DNA from: Candidatus Multivoradales bacterium
Lineage (GTDB): Bacteria; Acidobacteriota; Thermoanaerobaculia; Multivoradales; J023
Assembly: GCA_965248925.1 (NCBI GenBank)
Contig: CBDFLE010000005.1
Location: forward strand, 1,312,001 to 1,376,000
DNA length: 64,000 bases
Reading direction: 5' to 3'
Part shown: positions 8,901-21,218 of the stretch, in pieces
Layout of the letters: each line of letters opens with the position of its first letter
Position numbering within the stretch: position 1 is the stretch's first letter
The notes under the pieces: generated by a model
What the model saw: only the letters and a program-made list of their open reading frames with translations
What the model was told of the DNA's origin: nothing
Databases searched by the model: none
Translations under genes and position numbers: made by a program

Positions 8901-10626
8901 CTAGCATTTGTTGGTGCACAGTGGGAACGGCTCGTTGGGACCGCTGTAGTGGTCGATCCGCCAACGGTAGGTGCCGCTGGAGCCGTTGTAGCCGTTGACC
9001 GACTCGTCGCAGCCGGCGCTGGTCGAAGAGGCCACCACCGAGAACGAGCAGCCGAACCAACCGCTGCAACTCTCCTTGTCGAGGTAGAGGTCGAGGTCGG
9101 CATTGCCGTTGGTACACACCAGCTCACCGGTGAACGAGCCGCTCGCCGAGCAGTTCGGGGTCACCAGATCGGAGCCACCGGTGGTTGCGGTACCGGTCCA
9201 GATGTTGGTGCCGGTACAGGAGCCACCACCACCGCCACCACCGCCGGTGCTCGGGTCGAGCCACTGCTCGACCGAGGAGAAAGTCGCGGCGAAGGCACCG
9301 TCGACCGTGTGATCATCGCTGTCGCAGGTCGTCGACGGGGTGGCGCCGCAAGCACCGAAGAGCTGACCGACCACCTGGTTGCTGGAGTTGACCACCGGCG
9401 AGCCCGAGCTACCACCCTCGGTATCCGCCAAGGTCGCGTCGCTGTAGATGAAGTTACCGCGCGGCAACGTTCCACAAGTGCCTGCCGTGGTGTTGACCGA
9501 CTGCTCGCTGTAGGCCTGCGGCGAACCCGACGGGTGGCTCACCCGGAACAGGTTGGTGCCCGAGGAGTTGGCCACCGCGGTGGTGGTCCAGCCGAGGAAG
9601 GTGCTGCCGGCCGGCGCCGCCTGGCTGAGCTCGACAAAGGTGAAGTCGGAACTCGAGTTGGTAGCTAAGAGGGTAGAACCGTTGGCGCGCGGCACCGAGC
9701 CCGGCGGGCTGAACTGAGAGCCGCAGCTGGAGCCACAGCCGACCGACCACTGGAAGTAGGCCTCCAGGCTCGAGGCCGAAGTCTGGTTGCTGAAGCAGTG
9801 GTTGGCGGTCAGCAGGTAGGGATCGCCCGAGCTGTCGGTGGTGTTGAGCAAACCGCCGGTGCAGATGAAGCTGCCGCCGCCCGACGAGAAGATCAGGTAG
9901 GCGACACCATTGCGCAACGGCTGGATGGCGCTCGGAATGGAGGCGCAGGAAGCGTTGGTGATGCAGCTGTCATTCCAGCTGCAGAAAGCCTTCTGCGGGT
10001 TGTAGCCAAACTCGTAGCGATCGCCCAGGTGGGCGAGCTCACTGACCCGGAGCAGCTCCTCGCTGGCCTGCCGCTCGCCGAGCGGCAGATGCAGCTGCAG
10101 GACGATCTCGTCGCGGCGACGGTGTTGGTCCACAGATCCTGCTGCTGACCTGCATAGGGACCGAAGGCGTGGCCGTGACGGCCGAAGACATAAAGCTCGG
10201 CGCCCTTCGGCAACGCAACGTCCTCGAGATGTAGGCGGACACCGGTGGCTTCGGCGGAACGGAAAGTGCCACTCCACACCATCTTGCCGTCGGCGAAGGT
10301 AGCAGAGCCCAGCGGCTGCGCCTTGACGCTGGCATCGAAGGTGAATCCGACCTCGGCATTGACACCGACCCACAGCGGTCCACCATTGGACTTGGAGCTA
10401 GCCAGCTCGGCGAGCTTCTCGGCCCCGACCTGAACTTGGTAGGCGGCCTTCTCGGCACCTTCGAAAGAGCTGAGCCAAGCGGGTAAGGCCGCGGTCTCCG
10501 CAACCCGGGCGGCGATGTCCTTTTCGGCGCCCGGAGTGTAAGGCATCACCTCGGCGGCGAGCACCGGGCGGCGATCAGCAGGAGGCCCAGCAGGGCGAGA
10601 GCACTGCGAAGGGTAGACTTCTGCAT
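8901..10626 (-). pseudogene. Secreted lysyl-endopeptidase-like trypsin protease with C-terminal PPC-like domain; two apparent 1-nt deletions
   Basis: GAGGAG RBS and ATG 10626 give signal peptide MQKSTLRSALALLGLLLIAA; frameshifts near 10567 and 10114; motifs CTGGLL, LTANHC, SDFT, TEGGSSGSP; Gly linker; DLDLYL. Confidence 0.82.
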
Positions 10627-11210
10627 TGACGAACTCCTCATAGTTGACCGGCAAAGCGGTCGTTCAAATAGGCCCAATCCGTACTACCGAGGCCGGCAGA
10701 GTTGGCGGATCCCGCATCCGAATCGTCGGAGTCGGGAGATTGCCGCCAAGGGCTTGAGGAGCCCTCTCACGTCTTGGCAGTCCATCAAACTGGACACCGA
10801 TCGCGCGCTGGCTACCCCACGTCAAAGGCTAGAACTGGCGGCGAAAACCCTCAACGGGTGTTTCGACTAGCAAAAGAGCCAAAATATCCGACCGCATAAC
10901 GCTCACGCAAATCTCGCGCCAGCGCCGGGTCGATGTTGGATTTGCGATCCGCGGGGGGTCTCTTTGTTAGAACAGAAATCCCTACCTGAAATCTGACAAT
11001 GGCCCATTTTGTGGGCTCTCTTCTTCTCAACCCTAATCAGGGAATATTCTCAAGGTTGAGAATACGGCCCTCAGCTTCCGCGGCGGAAGCATGAGCCCTG
11101 AGCTGATAGCTTGCAGCTCCCCAACCTTGGCGCACCTGCTGAGAAAGACGGGCAAATCGAAGGCCCTTCTAGGCCGATCTTCGCGGCCTGCGCAAGCTCT
11201 CTCTCTCTCT

Positions 11211-11271
11211 CAGTAGAAGCCGTTCTCAAACAGGTTTGCAAACTAGCTCAATAGCGGCTCGTCGCCCTCTT
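11211..11271 (+). repeat. 61-bp dispersed repeat, copy 2, preceded by a short (CT)n run
   Basis: CAGTAGAAGCCGTTCTCAAACAGGTTTGCAAACTAGCTCAATAGCGGCTCGTCGCCCTCTT. Confidence 0.85.
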
Positions 11272-11471
11272 GGTGCTTTCTCCAGTTTCGCCAACGAGGC
11301 GGTGCGCGATCCTCAGCTCTACCAGACTTCTACATCGGTGCCCATGCCGCGGTTCGCGGCCAGGCAATCTTGACCCGCGATGTAGCCCGGTTTCGGACCT
11401 ATTGTCTAACCCTCGAAGTCATCGGCCCCTAGCCTCTTGGCGGCGAAGAAGGGACTCCGAAGGCCAGTGGT

Positions 11472-12287
11472 TCAGCCTTCGCCGGTCGCTGCCCGAGCTT
11501 GGCCGACCATTTCGACCAACTCCCAGCGCGCTCCTGCGGCGTCGACAACGGGCTGGGCAAAGTTGATCCGGACCCCCCGCGGCTTTCCTGCGCAAAGCAA
11601 ACGGGCGTGGAAGCCTAGGCGATCGACAGCGGTCATGTTGGCTTGCTCGACAGTCAAAGTGAGCTGGTGCTCGGCGATCTGGCGCAGCCCTTCGCCGTGG
11701 TCGGTGTTCATATGCTCGACGATCCGAGCCGCCGACTCGGCCAGCGGATCGGGCTGGGCGCTGAGGTAGTCGTCGCCATCGACCCACCCCATGACGCCGA
11801 AACCGCCGACGAAGTAGACTTGCTGCACCCGGAGTCGGTAGAAAGCAAAGTCAGCGTAGTCGACCCAATATGAAGCGCTGGGATGGGCCTGCAAATAGCT
11901 GGCGCGAACCGCTGCGAGATCGTCCGCCGCCACTTCTTCGGCTTCGGCCAGCAAGGTGACCCGACCCAGCCCCAGCGGGTCTCGATCTTCGCTGGACTGA
12001 CTGACGAGCAAGCTGGCTCGCGGGTCGAGCCGCAAGTTCTGGGTATGCATCGCCATCGCGCTGATCAGCAGCAAGGGCTGGCCACGAGGGTCGATGGCAA
12101 AGGGAGTCAACGAGCCGAACGGCCAACCTGGACGATGCTTCGATTGACTCGACAGGGTACCGAGGTCGCCGAGCTGCACCAGTGTTCGGGCTCGCTCGGC
12201 ATGGCTGGGCTCCGGCGGACCGGGGGGCGCCGGGTGACGAGGACCGGCGTGGGCTGAGCGCTGGCGTTGAGAATTCTGATCGGACAT
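11472..12287 (-). CDS. HugZ-like pyridoxamine 5'-phosphate oxidase family protein with DUF2470 domain
   Basis: PFGSL, ISAMAMHTQNL, VGGFGVMGWV, IVEHMNTDH, VDRLGF. Confidence 0.85.
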   Translation of the reverse strand: MSDQNSQRQRSAHAGPRHPAPPGPPEPSHAERARTLVQLGDLGTLSSQSKHRPGWPFGSLTPFAIDPRGQPLLLISAMAMHTQNLRLDPRASLLVSQSSEDRDPLGLGRVTLLAEAEEVAADDLAAVRASYLQAHPSASYWVDYADFAFYRLRVQQVYFVGGFGVMGWVDGDDYLSAQPDPLAESAARIVEHMNTDHGEGLRQIAEHQLTLTVEQANMTAVDRLGFHARLLCAGKPRGVRINFAQPVVDAAGARWELVEMVGQARAATGEG

Positions 12288-12396
12288 AGGTAACCTCTGC
12301 ACAAAACTAGCCGCCAATGAAACCGATATCGACTCCGCGGGGTAGGGGTTGCCATCACACCTGATAGACTGCCACCACATCCTAGCTGATCGTTCA

Positions 12397-13089
12397 ATGA
12401 GTCAAGAGAAAGATCCCCATCGCTCGCTGCTGGCCGAGTTCGGCCGCCGTCGGGTGCCGCAGTTAGTCGGGCTCTACCGAGGAATCTCCTGGGGCTTGAT
12501 CTAATTTGTCGACTGGCTGGTCGACAGCTTCGGCCTGTCGCCACACCTCAGCCAGATGACCTTTTTCGCCACCTTCTCCATCGCCTCCGATCTGACTTTC
12601 GGCAGCCGGCTCACCCTGCACTTGGGTTCGAAGATGGAGGTGCGGCTGCTGGGCTTCGTCGCCCACACTCGCGGCGATACGGTGATCCACCTGCCGCGGC
12701 AAGGGATCTTGGCGACCGGCGATCTACTCGGCGAGCTGCCCTATGCCGGCCACGGCTACCCCAGCCAATGGAGTATCGCCCTCGACACCCTCGAGACGCT
12801 GGAATTCGACACCGTGGTACCCGGCCACGGACCGGTGCTGCCCGGCAAGCGGCGCCTGCGACGAGTGCGCGAACTGCTGATCAGCGCCCGGCGCCAGGCG
12901 CAAGCGGCGGTGGCTAGCGGGCTTGTGGGTCAGCGGGCTCAGGAGGCGATCGATCTCGAGCGCTTCCGCCACTCGCTGACCGGCGGCGAGCCGGTGGCCG
13001 AGCGCAACTTCGATCACTTCATCCTCGCCTTGGCCGAACGCGCTCTGGCCGAGGCTCGAGGCGAGATCGACCGCGGCGAACCCAACTAA
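12397..13089 (+). pseudogene. Chimeric remnant: membrane-anchor N-terminus (in-frame TAA) fused to the C-terminal half of an MBL-fold hydrolase
   Basis: MSQEKDPHRSLLAEFGRRRVPQLVGLYRGISWGLI*FVDWLVD in frame with AHTRGD, ATGDLL, VVPGHG; HxHxDH motif absent. Confidence 0.65.
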
Positions 13090-13226
13090 AGTCAGGTTCA
13101 TCGCCTGACTCTAGCCAGGTTTACACTACTGGCCATCGGCCACCTGTTTCCGGACTTTCGGCGGCGGCAGCAGCCACCACCACTGAGGCAGACTTGGGAA
13201 AACCAACTACCCGGAGATCCCAAGCT

Positions 13227-15584
13227 ATGCGAACCAAATGCCTATACTTCGCCCTCCTGGTCGGCCTGCTGTGCGGCGTCGCTGCGCTGCAGGCCGAGAC
13301 CGCGGCAACCCCTCTCAGATCGACCAATATCGACCTGCTGGAGGACGGCGAGCGTCTGGTCGTGGTCAACCGTGAGCACAACAGCCTGACGCTGCTACGG
13401 GTACGCTCCGGAGGACGAGACCGCTTTGTCAAAATCGGCGAAGTTGCAGTGGGCCATGATCCGCGCTACCTCTGCGTGCGCCCTGGCCATCCCGAGGTTT
13501 GGGTTTCCAACTCAGCCAGCGGCACTTTGACCCGAGTCAATCTGCAAGGCCGCCCCAGGGTCAGCGGTGAGTTCGTGGTCGGCAGCGAGCCGCGGGGCTG
13601 CGCCTTCACTCCCAACGGCAAGTTCCTGCTGGTCGCCTTGCACACCGAGGGCCGGGTGGTTGTGGTCGAGGCTGACTCGGGCAATGTGGTGCTCGACGCC
13701 GAAGTCGGCGGCCAGCCCGAAGCGGTCGCCATTACCAACGATGGCGATCTCGACGATCTCGACGAATGGGCCTTCGTCACCCGTTTCTTCTCAGAACCGA
13801 TCGCCGGCGGTCCCGGTGAAGGCTTCGACACCGGCCGTCAAGGGGTGGTCCATGCCTTTCCCGTCGCCACCTGCAATGTTACCGATGTCACTCTGGCGCC
13901 GGCGCTTTCCGGTTTCACCGCCGATCGCACGGCTTTCTGCTCGCAGTTCAACGCCGCCGCCCACAGCGACATCTTCTGTCCCGATCCGGCGGAGGCCGAT
14001 GCCAACAGCGACACCATTCTCAAAGATCCCCAGTCGGCCTTCCCCAACCAGCTGCATCAGCTGATCTTGCGCGGCGGTCGCGCCTACGTGCTCAACACCG
14101 CCGCCCAACCCGCGCCGCCGGTCAAGTTCAACACCAATGTGCAAGCCTTCGTCTCCGTGGTCGACATCGAGACGCTGAGTGAGGATCCCGCGGCGCTGAC
14201 CAAGCTCAACAATCAGATCAAGACCGAAGCCCAACCAGCCGATCCCATTGGCAGCACCGATCGGCTCTTCGCCAATGACGTGGTCGCCATCGATGCAAGC
14301 GCTAACGGCCAAGACTTTCTGCTCATCAGCCGCGGCGGCAACTATCTCTTGCGCGCCCAACGGCTGGCTGGCGGGGGACTCGGCATAGGTGCTCCGGACA
14401 ATGTGACGCGCATCGCCACCGGCAACATCCCGACTGGCGTGGTGGCCAGCAGCGACTGGAGCCGGGCCTACGTCAACAACGAAGTCAGCGGCTCGGTGAG
14501 CGTTATCGACCTCGATAGCAACGAGGAACTGGCCAAGGTACCGACAGCCACTGTACCGCCGCCGGGCACCCCCGCCCATCGCGCCCTGGTGGGTAAACTC
14601 GCCTTCTACACCGCTCTCGGCCTCGGCAACCAGGACTTGCTCTCCACCTCGGTGCGCGATCTCGATCCCTTGCAACATCGCAACAAGGCATCGGACAATG
14701 GCTGGAGTTCATGCTCTTCGTGTCATCCCGATGGCCTCAGTGACGCCGTCACTTGGACCTTCCCCACCGGCCCGCGCCAGACGCTACCGATGGAAGCCTC
14801 TTGGGGCAACACACCGGGCGACCAACGCATCTTCAATTGGAGTGGAGTGCGCTCGAACGTGCGCGATTTCAACAACAACTCCCGTGGCGTCCAGGGCGGC
14901 GAGGGCTTCGCCGACAACCCTGGTTCGATCTTCAATCACGGTGTGTCGCACGACTTGAGCGACGCTCTCGACATGATGACCTTCTGGCTCCAGACCCGGC
15001 TCCGCACTCTCAATCAGCCGGCTCAGCCGGCAGAGCAAGCCGAGTCCGTGGCGGCTGGCCGCACCGTCTTCGCTGGCGCTTGTGCCTCCTGCCACGGTGG
15101 CGACAAGTTCACCAAGAGCAGCCGGACCTTCCGCGACAATCCCACATTTGACGGCAACCCCCTGGCTGGCGGCCAAGTACTCGATACCGGACTGGCTAGT
15201 GCCGGGCCGCAGCTGCTCTCCTTCGAACTCAACGGCAACCTGCTGACCTTCCTAGAAGGTGTCGGCACCTTCGACCCGAGCGATCCAGGCGAGATCCGTG
15301 GCGCTGGCGCCGCGGGTATCACCGCCCTCGGCGGGCTCGGCTTCAATCCTCCCTCGCTGCGCGGGCTCAGTTCCTCCCAGCCCTACCTGCACAATGGCGC
15401 TGCGGAAACCGTCGACGCGGTGTTTGCTCTGCACCGCCTACCGGCCAACGGCGATCAGACCATCGCCGAAGCTCTGACCGCTGCGCAACAAGCGGACCTC
15501 CTGCGCTTCCTAGCAGCCCTCGACGGGCGCACCTCACCAGTGGCCTCAGAGGCTGATATCTTCCGTGACGATCTGACCCCTTAA
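13227..15584 (+). CDS. Secreted YVTN/YncE beta-propeller fused to a di-heme cytochrome c peroxidase-like domain
   Basis: Signal peptide; repeats VAVGHDP, VGSEPRG, ATGNIPTGV, AYVNNEVSGSVSVID; heme motifs CSSCH and CASCH; FNPPSLRGL...PYLHNG. Confidence 0.85.
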   Translation: MRTKCLYFALLVGLLCGVAALQAETAATPLRSTNIDLLEDGERLVVVNREHNSLTLLRVRSGGRDRFVKIGEVAVGHDPRYLCVRPGHPEVWVSNSASGTLTRVNLQGRPRVSGEFVVGSEPRGCAFTPNGKFLLVALHTEGRVVVVEADSGNVVLDAEVGGQPEAVAITNDGDLDDLDEWAFVTRFFSEPIAGGPGEGFDTGRQGVVHAFPVATCNVTDVTLAPALSGFTADRTAFCSQFNAAAHSDIFCPDPAEADANSDTILKDPQSAFPNQLHQLILRGGRAYVLNTAAQPAPPVKFNTNVQAFVSVVDIETLSEDPAALTKLNNQIKTEAQPADPIGSTDRLFANDVVAIDASANGQDFLLISRGGNYLLRAQRLAGGGLGIGAPDNVTRIATGNIPTGVVASSDWSRAYVNNEVSGSVSVIDLDSNEELAKVPTATVPPPGTPAHRALVGKLAFYTALGLGNQDLLSTSVRDLDPLQHRNKASDNGWSSCSSCHPDGLSDAVTWTFPTGPRQTLPMEASWGNTPGDQRIFNWSGVRSNVRDFNNNSRGVQGGEGFADNPGSIFNHGVSHDLSDALDMMTFWLQTRLRTLNQPAQPAEQAESVAAGRTVFAGACASCHGGDKFTKSSRTFRDNPTFDGNPLAGGQVLDTGLASAGPQLLSFELNGNLLTFLEGVGTFDPSDPGEIRGAGAAGITALGGLGFNPPSLRGLSSSQPYLHNGAAETVDAVFALHRLPANGDQTIAEALTAAQQADLLRFLAALDGRTSPVASEADIFRDDLTP

Positions 15585-15614
15585 GCAGCAAGGGCGGTTA
15601 GTTCGCCAATGTTT

Positions 15615-15655
15615 GCAGATGGCGCCTCGGCAATGATCGAGGCGCCATTTGTTTT
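15615..15655 (+). terminator. Rho-independent terminator
   Basis: ATGGCGCCTCG-loop-CGAGGCGCCAT followed by TTGTTTT, about 30 nt after the stop. Confidence 0.75.
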
Positions 15656-15761
15656 GAGCCAATCGGCAAAGACATTGCGCGTTCCCTTATGCAGTTCTGA
15701 GACTTCGACAGCGACAGGCCACTCGCACTACGAAAAACACCCGAGGAGAGCTAGATCACGC

Positions 15762-15987
15762 ATGCTTAGCCGGTCTACAGGACAACCGCCATTCTTCTCC
15801 TGCTCGGGATCCTCCTGCTCACCTCTACCACACCAGCCAGCACCGCTAGCAGCGCCGTCAGGCGAGGCCCAAAAGAGTGTGAGATTTGGCGGACGGCTTC
15901 TTCGTCCGGCTTCCCGATCCAACGCTGTTGTCAATGGACGGCTTTGAATCCGCTGACTCAAGCCGCTGGGACGGCAGCAACCCCTGA
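15762..15987 (+). pseudogene. Remnant of a secreted protein (signal-peptide-like segment plus DGFES C-terminal tag in different frames)
   Basis: AGGAG RBS and ATG 15762; TAILLLLGILLLTST in one frame; ...LLSMDGFESADSSRWDGSNP* ending at 15987 in another. Confidence 0.5.
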
Positions 15988-16004
15988 CTTCTAGCCAGTG
16001 AATC

Positions 16005-17777
16005 TCAGGGTTCGAGGATCATCTCCGGCGGTAGCTCCAAGACTCCTGGGCCGGAACCCACCAGGCCGAGGCGCTGGGCCAGCCGCACCGCTGGCTGTAA
16101 GTCTTCGAGCACCCGGGCCAGGGCGATGGCGGTGGTTTGGCTGCTGCTCGGCGACTCGTCAAAGATCAGCTGCCAAGTGGTCTTGGGGCGCGGAAATAGC
16201 CGCAGATGGACATCCTCTTCAGCACCGATCCCCGCCTCCTGGCGAGCCAGCTCAAGAGCTTTGGGAAAGCCGCCGAGGGCATCGACAAGGCCGACCGCCA
16301 GCGCATCTTGTCCGGTCCAAACCCGACCCCTGGCGATCTCCCGCACCGTCTCGAGCGGCAGCTGGCGACCCGCCGCCACTTTGCCGGTGAAGTCTTCGTA
16401 GACCCGGTCGAGCCAGGCTTGGAAGCGCTCCCACTCACCTTCGTCGTAGTCGCGGGAGGCACTGTAGATATCTGCATTGGCGCTCGATTCGACGGCATCG
16501 AAGGAAATGCCGACTTTCTGCCACAGCCCAGCGGTCAACATCTTGCCGCCGAGCACCCCGATCGAACCAGTTATAGTGCCGGGTTGGGCGACGATCTTGG
16601 CCGCGTCCATCGACACGAAGTAGCCCCCCGAGGCGGCGACGTTGCCCATCGTCACCACCACCGGCTTGCCGGCGTCGCGAGCACGGATGGTCTCGCGCCA
16701 GATCGAGTCGGAGGCGACGTAGGAACCGCCCGGACTATCTACCCGGAAAACGATGGCCCGCACGTCTTCGTCTTCGACCGCGGCGCGTAGGTTGGCAGCC
16801 ACGGCATCCGCCGCCATGGTCATGCTGCCATTCAGCGGGTCGTAGCTCTTGCTCCCTCGCGCTACCCCGCCGACACCGTAGACCAAGGCGATGACTTCGC
16901 CCTCCGCGTAGGGCCGGCCGGCGCGCTCCAGGTAGGCATCCAGGAACAGCAACTCAGCACCCTCGCCGGCTTCGTCGAGAACCCGCGAGTAGACCTCGTC
17001 GCGGTAGGCCAAGCCATCGACCAGGCCAACGTCGACGGCCTCCTGGCCCAGATAGGGACCGCGGTCGATCAGCTCTCGCAAGCTCTCTTCTTCGAGCTCC
17101 CGAGCGGCAGCTATATGCTGCACCATCTGGCCAAAAATCGAGTCCATCAGCGCTTGCATGGCCTCGCGGAAGGCGGGCGTGAACTCGGTGTCGGTGAACG
17201 AATTCATCGCGTTCTTGTACTCGTGGCGCTGATCCATACGCGGCTCGATACCGAGTTTGTCGAGGGTGCCGCGAAAGAACTGTGCTTCGAGAAACAAGCC
17301 GGTGAGGTTGACATCGCCGGAAGGCTGCAAGTAGATCTGGTCGAAGGCCGAAGCCAAGTAGTAGCTGCCGTTGCCAGGGCTGAACTCGCCAAAGGTCTCG
17401 GAAAATGCCACCGCCTTCTTGCCCGCGGCGCGGAAGGTGCCAATGGCGTCGCGAACTTCCTGCAATTGGGCGATGCCGAAGCCATTGTTACCCACCTTGG
17501 CGAGCAAACCGACCACCCGATCGTCTTCAGCGGCGCGCACCAGCGCCTCAACCAAATCTCGCACTACCGGCGTGCTCTCCATGGTCAGCTGGGCAAAGGG
17601 GTCTTGGGGGATGTACTCCACCGCCCCCCGTTCGAGGTCGACCTCGAGGACCACCCGCGCCGGGACTTTCTTGCCCCCGAAGCCACCGGTGGCGCCCCAC
17701 ACGGCCAGCAACAGAACGCCGATCACCACGAGGACTATGACAGTGAACAGCAGAAAGAGGAGGTTTCGCTTTTTCAT
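16005..17777 (-). CDS. sppA: Signal peptide peptidase SppA, 67K type
   Basis: YYLASAFDQIYLQPSG, EYKNA, RVDSPGGS, AASGGY, TGSIGV, GRVWTG. Confidence 0.95.
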   Translation of the reverse strand: MKKRNLLFLLFTVIVLVVIGVLLLAVWGATGGFGGKKVPARVVLEVDLERGAVEYIPQDPFAQLTMESTPVVRDLVEALVRAAEDDRVVGLLAKVGNNGFGIAQLQEVRDAIGTFRAAGKKAVAFSETFGEFSPGNGSYYLASAFDQIYLQPSGDVNLTGLFLEAQFFRGTLDKLGIEPRMDQRHEYKNAMNSFTDTEFTPAFREAMQALMDSIFGQMVQHIAAARELEEESLRELIDRGPYLGQEAVDVGLVDGLAYRDEVYSRVLDEAGEGAELLFLDAYLERAGRPYAEGEVIALVYGVGGVARGSKSYDPLNGSMTMAADAVAANLRAAVEDEDVRAIVFRVDSPGGSYVASDSIWRETIRARDAGKPVVVTMGNVAASGGYFVSMDAAKIVAQPGTITGSIGVLGGKMLTAGLWQKVGISFDAVESSANADIYSASRDYDEGEWERFQAWLDRVYEDFTGKVAAGRQLPLETVREIARGRVWTGQDALAVGLVDALGGFPKALELARQEAGIGAEEDVHLRLFPRPKTTWQLIFDESPSSSQTTAIALARVLEDLQPAVRLAQRLGLVGSGPGVLELPPEMILEP

Positions 17778-18014
17778 CGCTGGTATTCTCCAGTTCTAGA
17801 GTGGACATCTTGCAGGTCGAGCAGCGGCTTGGTGCGGGCGGATTCGCGGACGCCCGATAGTGCCTATTCGCCGCCAGATGCCAAGGGCGATTGGATCGGT
17901 CGCAGTTTCCTCGATCAGGAGAGCAGCGCATCTTAGCAGCACTTCTGGGACAGGAGCCATGGCAGCCGCGGTTCACACCTAGGATTACGTACCGAGCTGG
18001 GGAGCTATTCTGAA

Positions 18015-18586
18015 ATGAGTGAACTACCGGCTTCCGGAGTCACCCAACTGCTACTTGATTGGCGGCAGGGGGATCGGCAGGCCCTCGACAAGTTGACCCC
18101 GATCGTCTACCAGGAGCTACGCCAGCTGGCCCGGCGCTATATGCGCCACGAACGTACCGGCCATGTGTTGCAAACCACCGCTCTGGTGCACGAGGCTTAC
18201 CTGCGTCTGATCGGCTTGGAGATGGGCTTCGATGGCCGTCAACACTTCTTCGCCGTCGCCGCTCGGCTGATGCGTCGCGTATTGGTGGATTTCGCTCGCC
18301 AACGCCAGGCCGACAAACGCGGCGGGGGTAGCCACGACCTATCGGTCGACGAGATCGAAATCGCCGACAACAACGACGGCACCTGGAATCTGCTCGCTCT
18401 GGACGGTGCTCTGCGCCACTTGGCCAAGCTCGACGAGCGCAAAAGCCGGATTATCGAGCTACGCTTTTTCAGCGGGCTGACCATCGAACAGACCGGCGAG
18501 GTGCTCGAAATCTCGCACGCCACCGTCGAACGCGACCTGCGCCTGGCCCGAGCTTGGCTGAGCCGTGAACTCGGAGACCGCCGCTG

Positions 18587-18587
<1 letters not shown>
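18015..18587 (+). CDS. ECF sigma factor of the kinase-associated type (TIGR02999-like)
   Basis: VTQLL..W..GDRQALDKL.PIVYQELR, LQTTALVHEAYLRL, KRGGG, ELRFFSGL. Confidence 0.93.
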
Positions 18588-21183
<2,596 letters not shown>

Positions 21184-21187
<4 letters not shown>

Positions 21188-21213
21188 CTTCTACCTCGTT
21201 GACTTCTACCTCG
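21184..21213 (+). repeat. Perfect 15-bp tandem duplication
   Basis: TTGACTTCTACCTCG x2 spanning the kinase stop, between convergent genes. Confidence 0.8.
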
Positions 21214-21218
21214 GTTTC

